Shown piece after piece: positions 1 to 8,056 of a DNA stretch of 51,275 nucleotides. The notes below the pieces were generated by a model. That model was not told the origin of the DNA. It was given only the letters and a program-made list of their open reading frames with translations, and did no database searches. The position numbers and the translations under genes were made by a program. The stretch is from Xanthomonas sp. (lineage in GTDB: Bacteria; Pseudomonadota; Gammaproteobacteria; Xanthomonadales; SZUA-5). The stretch is taken from assembly GCA_020693165.1 (NCBI GenBank), contig JAIMJQ010000007.1, forward strand, positions 1 to 51,275. The letters are read 5' to 3'. Numbering within the stretch: position 1 is the stretch's first letter; each line of letters opens with the position of its first letter.

Positions 1-690
1 GAAGTTTCGGCGCGCAGATCGGAAATCAACTTCGCTCAACTCCACTTGGTACTCTCATTACGAGCGTCGTTAGAAGGAGGAAATGAAACTATGTTAGACC
101 AAGCAAAGGCATTGGGTGAGGACATAAACGATCCAACAGTGGTCTCCAAGCTAAAGAAAAAGGCAAATAAGAGTTTTTCTTGCAAAAGCAAGAATGGCGT
201 TCGGGATCTCTACTTGGTTTGCTTCTACCTTGACCTTTTTGACAGGCCAGGGGCAAGTGACGCGATACATTTGCTGACGAAGTGTGGCTTTAGCGGAAAT
301 TTCGATACCTGGAGCTTCATTGAGGCAGGGCTCGCGCTGTCTGCAAGAAGAGAAAGACTTCGCAATAATCCCATCGCTAGAGAGATCGCAATGCAGAGAA
401 TATCGATGGTGGGATTCGTCGATGAACGACTTCAGGGGGTCTTACTACCGAATATTGAGCGGAATCTGGTTAATGCACAACAGGGGAGGCTTGAATCAAC
501 GGATAAGAAAGTAGTGCAGGCTTGTCGGATTTCGGAGATGGGCTGGCGGGAACGGCTTGGTATGGAGTTGAATTTTATTATTGAGCACCTTGTTGGGAAA
601 TCGGATACATCTTCACTCGAAGAAAAACTATCGGAGAACTTAAGCGCGCTCCGATCTCTTTGTGAAACTACGGAAAAGAATGCCGCGTAA
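1..690 (+). CDS. hypothetical protein, 5'-partial, AT-rich foreign-looking gene
   Basis: Frame 1 is open from nt 1 to the TAA at 688-690. The track start at 46 is a TTG, so the gene probably begins left of the window. The sequence is visibly AT-rich with Lys/Glu/Ser-rich codon usage, unlike the rest of the window. No family recognised by eye. Confidence 0.5.
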   Translation, partial: EVSARRSEINFAQLHLVLSLRASLEGGNETMLDQAKALGEDINDPTVVSKLKKKANKSFSCKSKNGVRDLYLVCFYLDLFDRPGASDAIHLLTKCGFSGNFDTWSFIEAGLALSARRERLRNNPIAREIAMQRISMVGFVDERLQGVLLPNIERNLVNAQQGRLESTDKKVVQACRISEMGWRERLGMELNFIIEHLVGKSDTSSLEEKLSENLSALRSLCETTEKNAA

Positions 691-760
691 GGCGAGATTT
701 GTTAGTGCGCAAATCGCGTAAGGCGTATTCCCAGCGAATGCGGAAAGACAGGACACCCTT

Positions 761-801
761 GAATCAGAATTTTCCTACAACTGTCCGGGCACTTTTCCGA
801 C
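761..801 (+). repeat. Junction copy of two repeat modules that elsewhere flank the RAYT gene
   Basis: GAATCAGAATTTTCCTACA (761-779) is identical to 3548-3566. GGGCACTTTTCCGAC (787-801) matches GGGCACGCTTTTCCGAC at 4757-4773 and GGCACTTTTCTGAC at 4783-4796. Confidence 0.7.
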
Positions 802-1596
802 TGCCGACGGCCGCCTGAGCTGCCGATGCTGTGCCCCATGACCTACGCCAGCCGACGAAGTCAAGTCGAAGTCGGGGACACCCACTTTCTGCCCCGTCAA
901 TCCCGGTCGCGCCGGTGAGGCGCGCGCGGCACGGGTGCTGACCGAAGCCAAGGTGTCAGCCCGCGCGCAATCGGCGAGCTTCCAGATGGCGAGGCAAGCC
1001 ATGGATGGCGCGCAGGAAGCGCAGCGTAGCGCAGCGCGCAGGGACAGCCGGTGATTGCGCCGCAGGAGCGGCGCGCATAAGCAAGCGCAAGGATGCGCTG
1101 GCGGCCAGTTGTACATAACGCGGGTTACGCGGGCGCGGCGATTTGAGCGCGGCATGGATGCCGCGCGCCGCGCCGTACAGGCAGGAAGCCTGCGAGTAAC
1201 AACGCGTTATGTCATTGGCCGCCGATAGCCCCGTGAGCCGCCGCCGCTGGCGCGATGCGAAGCGCGAGGTGCCGCGGCGACACGGGGATGGGGGCTTGCA
1301 TACTTTGATCGGAGCCGCAGGCACGCAGGGTGCGCGGCTTGCGCACGCTGCGCGCCTGCTGTCCGGCCTCGTGCACGCGCGGAGCGTGTGCACGCCAACG
1401 CGAGGCAGGACGCCGAGCGTGTTCGGTCGGAGCGTGTGGTTCAACGGAGACGGGCAGGACAGCCCGGAGGCAGCCGGCGCGGCGCTTGCCGCGTAGCGGA
1501 GCGTAGCCGCTGAACGCGGCGCAGTGGAGCGCAGCCTTGCAAGCGCCGTGACGGCGGTGAGGGCGGAGACAGGCGTCGGGTGTCTCGCCACCGCGC

Positions 1597-2382
1597 TTAT
1601 CCGGTCTCGTTTGCTGCCAACACCCTGCCCGCAAACTCTGCGAACAAGTTGCGCATGCTGGTCGCCGCCGACAGCGGTCGACACGTCTCGGTGCCGGCTA
1701 CGCTCAGTTCGAGCGCTGCCGCGCTGTACAGGCGCCGCTCGACCAGGCGCTCGCACAGGAGTTGGTAGCGACGCGCATAGGAGGCGCCGTTGAACTCGGG
1801 GAACACGGGGAAGTGCGGTTCGGCGCAGCGGACGGGTGTCAGTGAGCGCAGGTTTTCTTCGAGCAGCATCAGCCAGCCGACGAACGGCGGTCGTGGGTCG
1901 GCCTGGTAGATCGGGTTGAGCAGCGCGGGCGAGCCTTCGCCGATGTCGTTGCGTGGCGCTGGTCGGTGGCCATAGGCGCCCTGGTGATGCGCGACCCAGA
2001 GGTCGGCAGCGGAGCCGATGACTTCTTCGCTGCGGTTGTTGAAGTTGTTGCCGAACGATCCGACCTGCGACTTGAACTCGAACACGCCGAGCAGGCGTTG
2101 CTTGTGGATGACCACCGCGTCCCAGTCCTTGGTCGCCCGGAAGAACCCCGGCAGCGCCACTTTGGACTTCTTGCGATGGACCGCATCGGTCGGCAGTCCG
2201 CAGTGCGCTGCGACCTGGTCGACCAGGTCAATGAACCCGTTCATGTTCTGGCCGCCGACGACGCCGTCACGCGTTCCGCCTTGTTTGCGCTCGATGGGGG
2301 TTCCCGACCGGCCGGTCCAGAACGTCCGCACGGCAGCGTTCACCCGCTCGTCAAAATCCTCCGGCAACAAGCTCAGCGTCAT
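1597..2382 (-). CDS. type II restriction endonuclease, PaeR7I/XhoI-like (PD-(D/E)xK)
   Basis: 261 aa. Motifs [20 protein letters not shown] and [29 protein letters not shown] match my recollection of the PaeR7I-family REase signature. The ATG overlaps the stop of the upstream methyltransferase ORF (ATGA at 2379-2382). Confidence 0.6.
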   Translation of the reverse strand: MTLSLLPEDFDERVNAAVRTFWTGRSGTPIERKQGGTRDGVVGGQNMNGFIDLVDQVAAHCGLPTDAVHRKKSKVALPGFFRATKDWDAVVIHKQRLLGVFEFKSQVGSFGNNFNNRSEEVIGSAADLWVAHHQGAYGHRPAPRNDIGEGSPALLNPIYQADPRPPFVGWLMLLEENLRSLTPVRCAEPHFPVFPEFNGASYARRYQLLCERLVERRLYSAAALELSVAGTETCRPLSAATSMRNLFAEFAGRVLAANETG

Positions 2383-3458
2383 TCGCGTCGGTTCCTGCGC
2401 TTGGCAGTCACTTGTGCCTCTGCCGCCATCTGGCGCGTGCGTTCGGCATCGTCGGCGGACAGGCCGTAGAGCCGAAACACCGGCTCATCGATAGCCTGCT
2501 GATCCTTGGCGCAGGCGACTTGCGTCAGTTCATCGCGCAATGCCGGCGGCACATCGTGCCAGCGCGGGATGCGGATGCGCCGCAGGTACTGGGCCTGGAA
2601 CCGCAGGAACCCGCCGGACATGCGCGTGCAGTAGGTGGCGACCAGCAGCACGGTCACCGACGAACGCAGCACCGCCTGCAGCGCGCGCAGATCCCATTGC
2701 GTCGAGGTCACGTAATAGAGGTTGTGGTGCGGGTAGAAGTGACCCTCGTCGAGCACGAACGTGGCTTCGCCCTTGATGTCCGGCACCAAGAGCTTCGGCT
2801 GCTGCTGCAGTTCGGGATAAATGCGATCGATGGTGCGATACCAGGCGTCGCCGTTCTTGGTTGCCACGTGACGACCGGCCACGGCCTCATAGTGCTGGTA
2901 GAGATAGGTCGACAGCTTCGGGTAGTCGGCCAGATCGACGACGCCGCCTTCCGCCATAAACGGGTTGACCACACCCTTGCCGCCCCAGCGGATCTGCCCG
3001 TCGACCAGATCGCGCGCCATCACCAGCGGCAGCTTGCGGCTGGCCTCGACCGGCAGCTCGCCGAGTTCGCCGATGTACACGCGATCGCAGCCGGTGGCGA
3101 CGCCGATCCCGACCTTGCAGCCGACCTGTTCCAGCGTCGGGAACTGCTGTTCCAGGCGGCGCACCAGATCCAGGCGCGTCAGATCATCGAGGAGCCAGGG
3201 CGTCTCGCCCGATCCCGCCAGCGAGATCTCGCCGACGATGGCCGCGTCGGCATGCGCGGCGAGCATCGCCGCCACCAACTGCGGCAACCCATGTTCATCG
3301 GTGATGACGCCGGGACGAGCGACCCGCGTGGACGCGGCGGCATCGGTGCTGCCCGCCGCTCGCTGGATCACGGTGATCGCGGGATAGGCGATGACCTCGG
3401 AGTGGAAGGCGTCGATGCCTTCCATGTCGATGTAGTGCTGCAGCGCAAACCCGCGCAC
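2379..3458 (-). pseudogene. N6-adenine DNA methyltransferase, 5'-truncated (only the TaqI_C/Eco57I-like target-recognition half remains)
   Basis: 359 aa with hallmarks of the C-terminal half of gamma-class N6A methyltransferases ([62 protein letters not shown]). No FxGxG or NPPY/F catalytic motifs. The frame hits a stop at 3498-3500, and homology-like sequence stops at about 3480, exactly where a tandem-repeat array begins. The track start is a GTG. Confidence 0.65.
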
Positions 3459-3480
3459 GATCTTGCCGCGCAGTGGGCCA

Positions 3481-3566
3481 CGAACAACAACGGACAGTCA
3501 AGAATCGAACAACAACGGACGAACAACGAACAACAACGGACAGTGAAGAATCAGAATTTTCCTACA
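3481..3566 (+). repeat. Tandem array (CGAACAACAACGGAC-type units, 25-nt unit CGAACAACAACGGACAGTSAAGAAT x2) plus the GAATCAGAATTTTCCTACA module
   Basis: Read directly: 3481-3505 and 3528-3551 are near-identical, with partial units in between. The 19-mer at 3548-3566 repeats 761-779. Confidence 0.8.
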
Positions 3567-3622
3567 TGCCATTGGGCTGATCCCTAACTGCGCCAAAGCG
3601 CCGAAGCGCCGATGCTTCTCCC

Positions 3623-4651
3623 ATGGCTTACGCCCGCTCGATCCTCGTTCCGCCCGGCTTGCCCGGCACCTACCATTGCGTGTCGCGCTGTGTGCGCCGC
3701 GCGTGGCTGTGTGGCGAGGATCGCGGCAGCGGCCGTTCCTACGAGCACAGACGGCAATGGGTCGAAGACAGGATCGGCGAACTCACCGGGATCTTCGCGG
3801 TCGCCGTCTGGGGGTACGCGGTGATGAGCAACCATTTGCATGTGGTGGTGCAGGTGATCCCGCAAGCGGCCGCCGCTTGGTCGACTGAGGACGTGGCCGC
3901 GAGATGGTGTCGCCTGTATCCGCGTCGGGATCAAGACGCCAGCATGCGGGCCGAGGCGCTGGCCGGAAACGAAGGACGGATCAAAGAGCTGCGAGGGCGC
4001 TTGTGCGATTTGTCCTGGTTCATGCGCTGCCTGGCCGAACCGATCGCTCGACGCGCAAACCGCGAGGACGGTTGCAAGGGGCATTTCTGGGAGGCGCGCT
4101 TCAAGTGCCAGGCTCTGCTTGACGAGATGGCAGTGTTGTCGGCGATGACCTACGTCGACCTCAATCCGGTTCGAGCCAGGATCTGCGACAGCCTCGAGGA
4201 GTCTGCGCACACGTCAGCCAGGGTTCGCCTCGACGTGATCGAGAAGGATCGACAGCAGATCGATCAGCCCTTGGCCCCGGTCTTGGGCTTGCGGGGATTC
4301 GGTGTGCTGACGCTCAAGCAGCGCGACTACCTGGAACTCGTCGACTACACGGGTCGCCAGATTCACCCTGGCAAGCGCGGCGCCATTTCCGGCCCGCCGC
4401 CGGCTGCGCTGGCGCGGATCGGTTACACGAAGGATCAGTGGCAACGCCAGGTACTTGCGGTCGGCGCGGGATACTTCCGGGCGATCGGTGCTGCTGACGT
4501 TCTGATCGAGAAAGCGCAGGAAATCGATCAGGCGTGGCTTCGGGGCAACGGCATCGCACGGCAGCTCAAGCTCCGGAGCCGCATGCACGGAACCGCATGG
4601 AATAGAATACTCGACTGTCCGGAGCCCGAAGACCCGATTGTCCGGAGCTGA
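3623..4651 (+). CDS. REP-associated tyrosine transposase (RAYT; IS200/IS605-like Y1 HUH transposase, COG1943-type)
   Basis: 342 aa. HUH motif in AVMSNHLHVVVQV and catalytic-Tyr motif MTYVDLNPVRARI. ATG at 3623. Confidence 0.85.
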   Translation: MAYARSILVPPGLPGTYHCVSRCVRRAWLCGEDRGSGRSYEHRRQWVEDRIGELTGIFAVAVWGYAVMSNHLHVVVQVIPQAAAAWSTEDVAARWCRLYPRRDQDASMRAEALAGNEGRIKELRGRLCDLSWFMRCLAEPIARRANREDGCKGHFWEARFKCQALLDEMAVLSAMTYVDLNPVRARICDSLEESAHTSARVRLDVIEKDRQQIDQPLAPVLGLRGFGVLTLKQRDYLELVDYTGRQIHPGKRGAISGPPPAALARIGYTKDQWQRQVLAVGAGYFRAIGAADVLIEKAQEIDQAWLRGNGIARQLKLRSRMHGTAWNRILDCPEPEDPIVRS

Positions 4652-4796
4652 AGACCAAGAGCCGAAGACCAAGAGCCGAAGACCTACTTCGAAGACCTGC
4701 TTCAAGATGTTCGATGCGCGAATACGCGCAACGACAGGGCGACCGGGACTCCTGCAGGGCACGCTTTTCCGACACCACGCATGGCACTTTTCTGAC
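4627..4796 (+). repeat. Tandem array (GAAGACCAAGAGCC x2 plus GAAGACC partials), conserved TGTTCG core (4707-4752) and GGGCACGCTTTTCCGAC module
   Basis: The array overlaps the RAYT stop codon (4649-4651). The core ATGTTCGATGCGCGAATACGCGCAACGACAGGGCGACCGGGACTCC aligns with 9022-9072 and with the reverse complement of 14369-14426. Confidence 0.8.
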
Positions 4797-4854
4797 AGAC
4801 ACGCCGCGCCGCCGCGAGCATGCTGATTCCACCGTTTCGGGCTACCTGCAAGCA

Positions 4855-6810
4855 ATGACCAACGATCTGCAACGCCAGCTCACCGAGCACTTTGGATTCG
4901 ACGAGTTCCAGCCTGGACAGCGCGAGGTGATCGACAGTCTGCTGGCTGGACGCTCGGCGGCTGCGGTGTTTCCGACCGGGGGCGGCAAGTCGTTGTGTTA
5001 TCAACTGCCGGCGCTGTTGCTGCCCGGCGTGACTCTGGTGGTGTCGCCGTTGATCGCGCTGATGAAGGATCAGATCGATGCGCTCACGCGGCGCGGAATT
5101 GCCGCGCGTCGGCTGGATTCCTCCCTCGATGCAGAGGCCTACCGCGAGGTCATGTCGCAGTTGCGCAGCGGCAGTTTGCGCCTGCTGTATGTGGCGCCGG
5201 AGCGCTTCAACAACGAACGCTTTCGCGCGGCAATGGCGGACGTGCGCATCAGTCTGTTCGCCATCGACGAGGCTCATTGCATCTCCGAGTGGGGACACAA
5301 TTTTCGCCCCGATTACCTGAAGCTGGCCGGGATCGCGCGGGCGCTGAAGGTCGAGCGCGTGCTCGCGCTGACAGCGACGGCGACGCCGCCGGTGCTTGCC
5401 GACATCTGCCGGGTGTTCGAGATCGCGCCCGCAGACGCCGTGCGCACCGGTTTCCATCGCGCAAACTTGCACTTGCTGACTGCCGTGGTCGGCGCGCACG
5501 AACGCGATGCGCGACTGGTCGATGCATTGACGCGCTGTCCGGCGGGCCCCGGCATCGTCTACGTCACCCGCCAGCAGACTGCGGAAGCGCTCAGCGCCAG
5601 GCTGGTCGCGGCCGGGCTGCCGGCACGCGCGTACCACGCAGGGCTGGATGCGTCGCTGCGCAGCGAGGTGCAGGAGTGGTTCCTGGCTTCGCCGAGTGCG
5701 CTGGTGGTGGCGACCATCGCTTTCGGCATGGGTATCGACAAGGCTGATATCCGCACGGTGGTTCATTACAACCCGCCGAAATCGCTGGAGAACTATGCGC
5801 AGGAGATTGGCCGCGCCGGGCGCGACGGACTGCCGTCGGTGTGCCAGATCCTCTACTGCAGCGACGATCTCAATGTGCTTGAGAATTTCGTCTATGGCGA
5901 CACGCCGGACGCCGACGCCGTGCTGGCGCTGGTCGACTCGCTGTTTTCCAGCGGCGAGTCTTTTGATCTGGCGTTGTACGATACGGCCAATCGCTTCGAC
6001 ATCCGCCCGCTGGTGCTGCGCACTCTGCTGACCTATCTCGAGCTCGATGGCTACCTCGAGGAAGGCACGCCGTTCTACGCCGACTACAGCTTTCAGCCGA
6101 TCGTGAGCTCGGCCGACATCCTGGCGCGCTTCGAAGGTGAGCGCCGGCAGTTTCTGGCGCGTCTGCTGGCGCAGGCGAGCAAGCGCCGCACCTGGTTCAG
6201 CATCAATCTCGAAGACAGTGCCCGCCATCTCGGATGCGCACGCGAGCGCATCGTCAAGGCACTCGACTGGCTCGGCGAGCAGCAACTGCTGAAGGTCGAA
6301 GTCGCCGGCGTGCGCAACTGCTTCAAGCGGCTGCGCGAACTCGTCGATCGCGCCGCGCTCGCGGCTGAACTGCACGGACGCTTGCTCAATCGCGAACGCG
6401 CGGAACTCGCCCGGCTCACGCAGGTGCTGGATCTGATCGGCAGCCCGGCGTGCCGCAGCCGGCAGCTCAGCGAACACTTTGGCGAGACCCTGCCGCAGGA
6501 CTGCGGCAGCTGCAGCGCTTGTCTGGGTGAATCTCAGGCTCTGCCGCAACGCGCTGCGCCGTCCATCGATCCTGAGCTTGCCACGCGGCTCGCTCCACTG
6601 CTGCAATCGGCTGGCAAGACACTTGGCAATCCGCGCAGCCTGACGCGCTTCCTGTGCGGTTGCAGCTCCCCCGCACTGACCCGCGCGCGCCTGGCAAAGC
6701 ACGCCCTGTTCGGCGAACTCTGCGATGTGCCGTTTGCGCAAGTACTGGCATGGTCTGAGGTTGTGCTGACGAGCGGTACTTGCGAAGTCCGCGCGCACCA
6801 AGTCTCCTGA
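4855..6810 (+). CDS. recQ: ATP-dependent DNA helicase, RecQ family
   Basis: Motifs FGFDEFQPGQREVI, PTGGGKSLCYQLPALL, FAIDEAHCISEWGHNFRPDY and a C-terminal CGSCSAC. The start is set at the internal ATG at 4855 (MTNDLQ...). The track ORF from 4714 runs through the repeat element. Confidence 0.85.
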   Translation: MTNDLQRQLTEHFGFDEFQPGQREVIDSLLAGRSAAAVFPTGGGKSLCYQLPALLLPGVTLVVSPLIALMKDQIDALTRRGIAARRLDSSLDAEAYREVMSQLRSGSLRLLYVAPERFNNERFRAAMADVRISLFAIDEAHCISEWGHNFRPDYLKLAGIARALKVERVLALTATATPPVLADICRVFEIAPADAVRTGFHRANLHLLTAVVGAHERDARLVDALTRCPAGPGIVYVTRQQTAEALSARLVAAGLPARAYHAGLDASLRSEVQEWFLASPSALVVATIAFGMGIDKADIRTVVHYNPPKSLENYAQEIGRAGRDGLPSVCQILYCSDDLNVLENFVYGDTPDADAVLALVDSLFSSGESFDLALYDTANRFDIRPLVLRTLLTYLELDGYLEEGTPFYADYSFQPIVSSADILARFEGERRQFLARLLAQASKRRTWFSINLEDSARHLGCARERIVKALDWLGEQQLLKVEVAGVRNCFKRLRELVDRAALAAELHGRLLNRERAELARLTQVLDLIGSPACRSRQLSEHFGETLPQDCGSCSACLGESQALPQRAAPSIDPELATRLAPLLQSAGKTLGNPRSLTRFLCGCSSPALTRARLAKHALFGELCDVPFAQVLAWSEVVLTSGTCEVRAHQVS

Positions 6811-6949
6811 ATCGTCTTTCCCGCGAAGGAAATTCGTGCCTGACACGCCTCCCCGGCGGAGACGGCGTCATCGCCAGGCGCAAGCCGCGGAGCGTGCTGG
6901 CCGCAGCTTCGTCCAACGGTGCCGGCTGTAGCGGCTGGCCAAAGAGCGC

Positions 6950-8041
6950 TTACAAGCGGTCGAGGAAGCGCGAGATCACCGGCGCGAACCGCGGGATGTC
7001 GACCAGAAATGCGTCATGCCCCTGGATGGAAGGCAGCGACTGGAAGTCGACATAGGCACCGGCAGCACCGAGGGCTTCGGCGAGTTCCTCCTGTTGCTCC
7101 ACCGGGAACAGGATATCGGTGGCGACGCCGATCACCAGCGCATGCTCGACGGCCATCAACCGACATGCCGCCTCGACGCTGTCGCCGTAGTCGGCAAGGT
7201 CGAACCAGTCCATCGCTCGCGACAGATAGAGATAGCTCAGTGGATCGAAGCCGCCAGCCCAGCGCCGGGCGTGGGCGTCGAGGTAGGACTCGATCTGGAA
7301 CTCGCTGGCGAAGGGATCGTCGTTGTGCTCGGCGAGGCGCTCGCGGCCGAAGCGCTCGCGCCATTCCTGCGGCGAGCGATAGGTGGCGACGCCGAGCTTG
7401 CGCGCCAGGCCCATGCCGCTGGCGACATCGATCGCATGGGCATAGTTGCCGTCGGCGAAACCGGGGTCGGCGCGCACAATCTGTCGCTGCAGCGAGCGCA
7501 GCGCGATGGCGAACGCCGACGAGCGCGCCGCGCACGACATCAGCATCAGGTTCGGACACAGCGATTGGTGGCGCAGCGCCATCGCCTGCGCGGTCATGCC
7601 GCCCATGCTCGGTCCGATGACCGCCAGCAGCCGGTCGATACCGAGGGCGCGAGCGACCGCTGCGGCGCCGTCGGCGACATCCTCGATGCTGATCGACGGA
7701 AACCGCAGCCGGTACGGCAGCTGGTCGTCCGGATGCGGTGACGCGGGTCCGGTCGAACCCTTGCAACTGCCGAGCGAATTGACGCAAATGATGAAATAGC
7801 GCTCGGTGTCGAGACTGCGATTGCGCCCGATCATCGGCTCCCACCAACCGGGTGTCGGGTCGTAGGGGCCGGATGCCGCATGGGCGCTCGGCGACATGCC
7901 GGTGACGATCAGGATGGCGTTGTCGCGCCCTGGCGACAGCTTGCCCCAGGTCTCGTAGGCGATTACCCCTTCGCGCAATTCGCCGCCTCGATGCAGGCGC
8001 ATCGGCGAGGGCAGGGCGGTGAAGCGGGTGGCGCCGGTCAT
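6950..8041 (-). CDS. metX: homoserine O-acyltransferase (MetX family; acetyl- or succinyl-transferring)
   Basis: Alpha/beta-hydrolase with nucleophile elbow GPSMGGM. Motifs CVNSLGSCKGSTGP and QGHDAFLVD. Start at the ATG at 8041 (MTGATRFTALPSP), matching the usual MetX N-terminus. The track ORF is extended to 8224. Confidence 0.85.
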   Translation of the reverse strand: MTGATRFTALPSPMRLHRGGELREGVIAYETWGKLSPGRDNAILIVTGMSPSAHAASGPYDPTPGWWEPMIGRNRSLDTERYFIICVNSLGSCKGSTGPASPHPDDQLPYRLRFPSISIEDVADGAAAVARALGIDRLLAVIGPSMGGMTAQAMALRHQSLCPNLMLMSCAARSSAFAIALRSLQRQIVRADPGFADGNYAHAIDVASGMGLARKLGVATYRSPQEWRERFGRERLAEHNDDPFASEFQIESYLDAHARRWAGGFDPLSYLYLSRAMDWFDLADYGDSVEAACRLMAVEHALVIGVATDILFPVEQQEELAEALGAAGAYVDFQSLPSIQGHDAFLVDIPRFAPVISRFLDRL

Positions 8042-8056
8042 GCTCTGCAAACCCGG

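Larger units (their letters stand above)
3481..4796 (+). mobile_element. RAYT cassette: REP-associated tyrosine transposase gene with flanking repeat modules
   Basis: The RAYT CDS is bracketed by a tandem array plus 19-mer module (left). On the right it is bracketed by a tandem array, the conserved TGTTCG core and the GGGCACGCTTTTCCGAC module, all of which recur elsewhere in the window. Confidence 0.6.

Noticed and set aside
775-1793. Multiple overlapping ORFs (775..1155, 956..1756, 1209..1496, 1212..1634, 1524..1793) in the GC-rich gap.
   Set aside because: They overlap each other on both strands in mutually exclusive ways. Composition is extreme Arg/Ala/Pro/Cys, no motifs are present, and the DNA is dominated by palindromes. 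Treated as non-coding.
3481-3551. Tandem arrays here and at 4650-4700, 14433-14456, 15103-15207 and 19943-19977, considered as possible CRISPR arrays.
   Set aside because: Units are 6-25 nt and directly abutting, without unique spacers. There are at most 5 units and no cas genes. They are short tandem repeats attached to palindromic elements.
4702-6846. Very long ORFs antisense to real genes: 4702..6846 opposite recQ, 2412..3587, 10842..12683, 15819..17624, 26277..28187, 28308..29864, 32392..34545, 44883..46790 and 48067..49932.
   Set aside because: These are typical high-GC shadow ORFs. The translations are Arg/Ala/Gly/His-rich with no recognisable motifs. The opposite strand encodes proteins with clear family signatures in every case.
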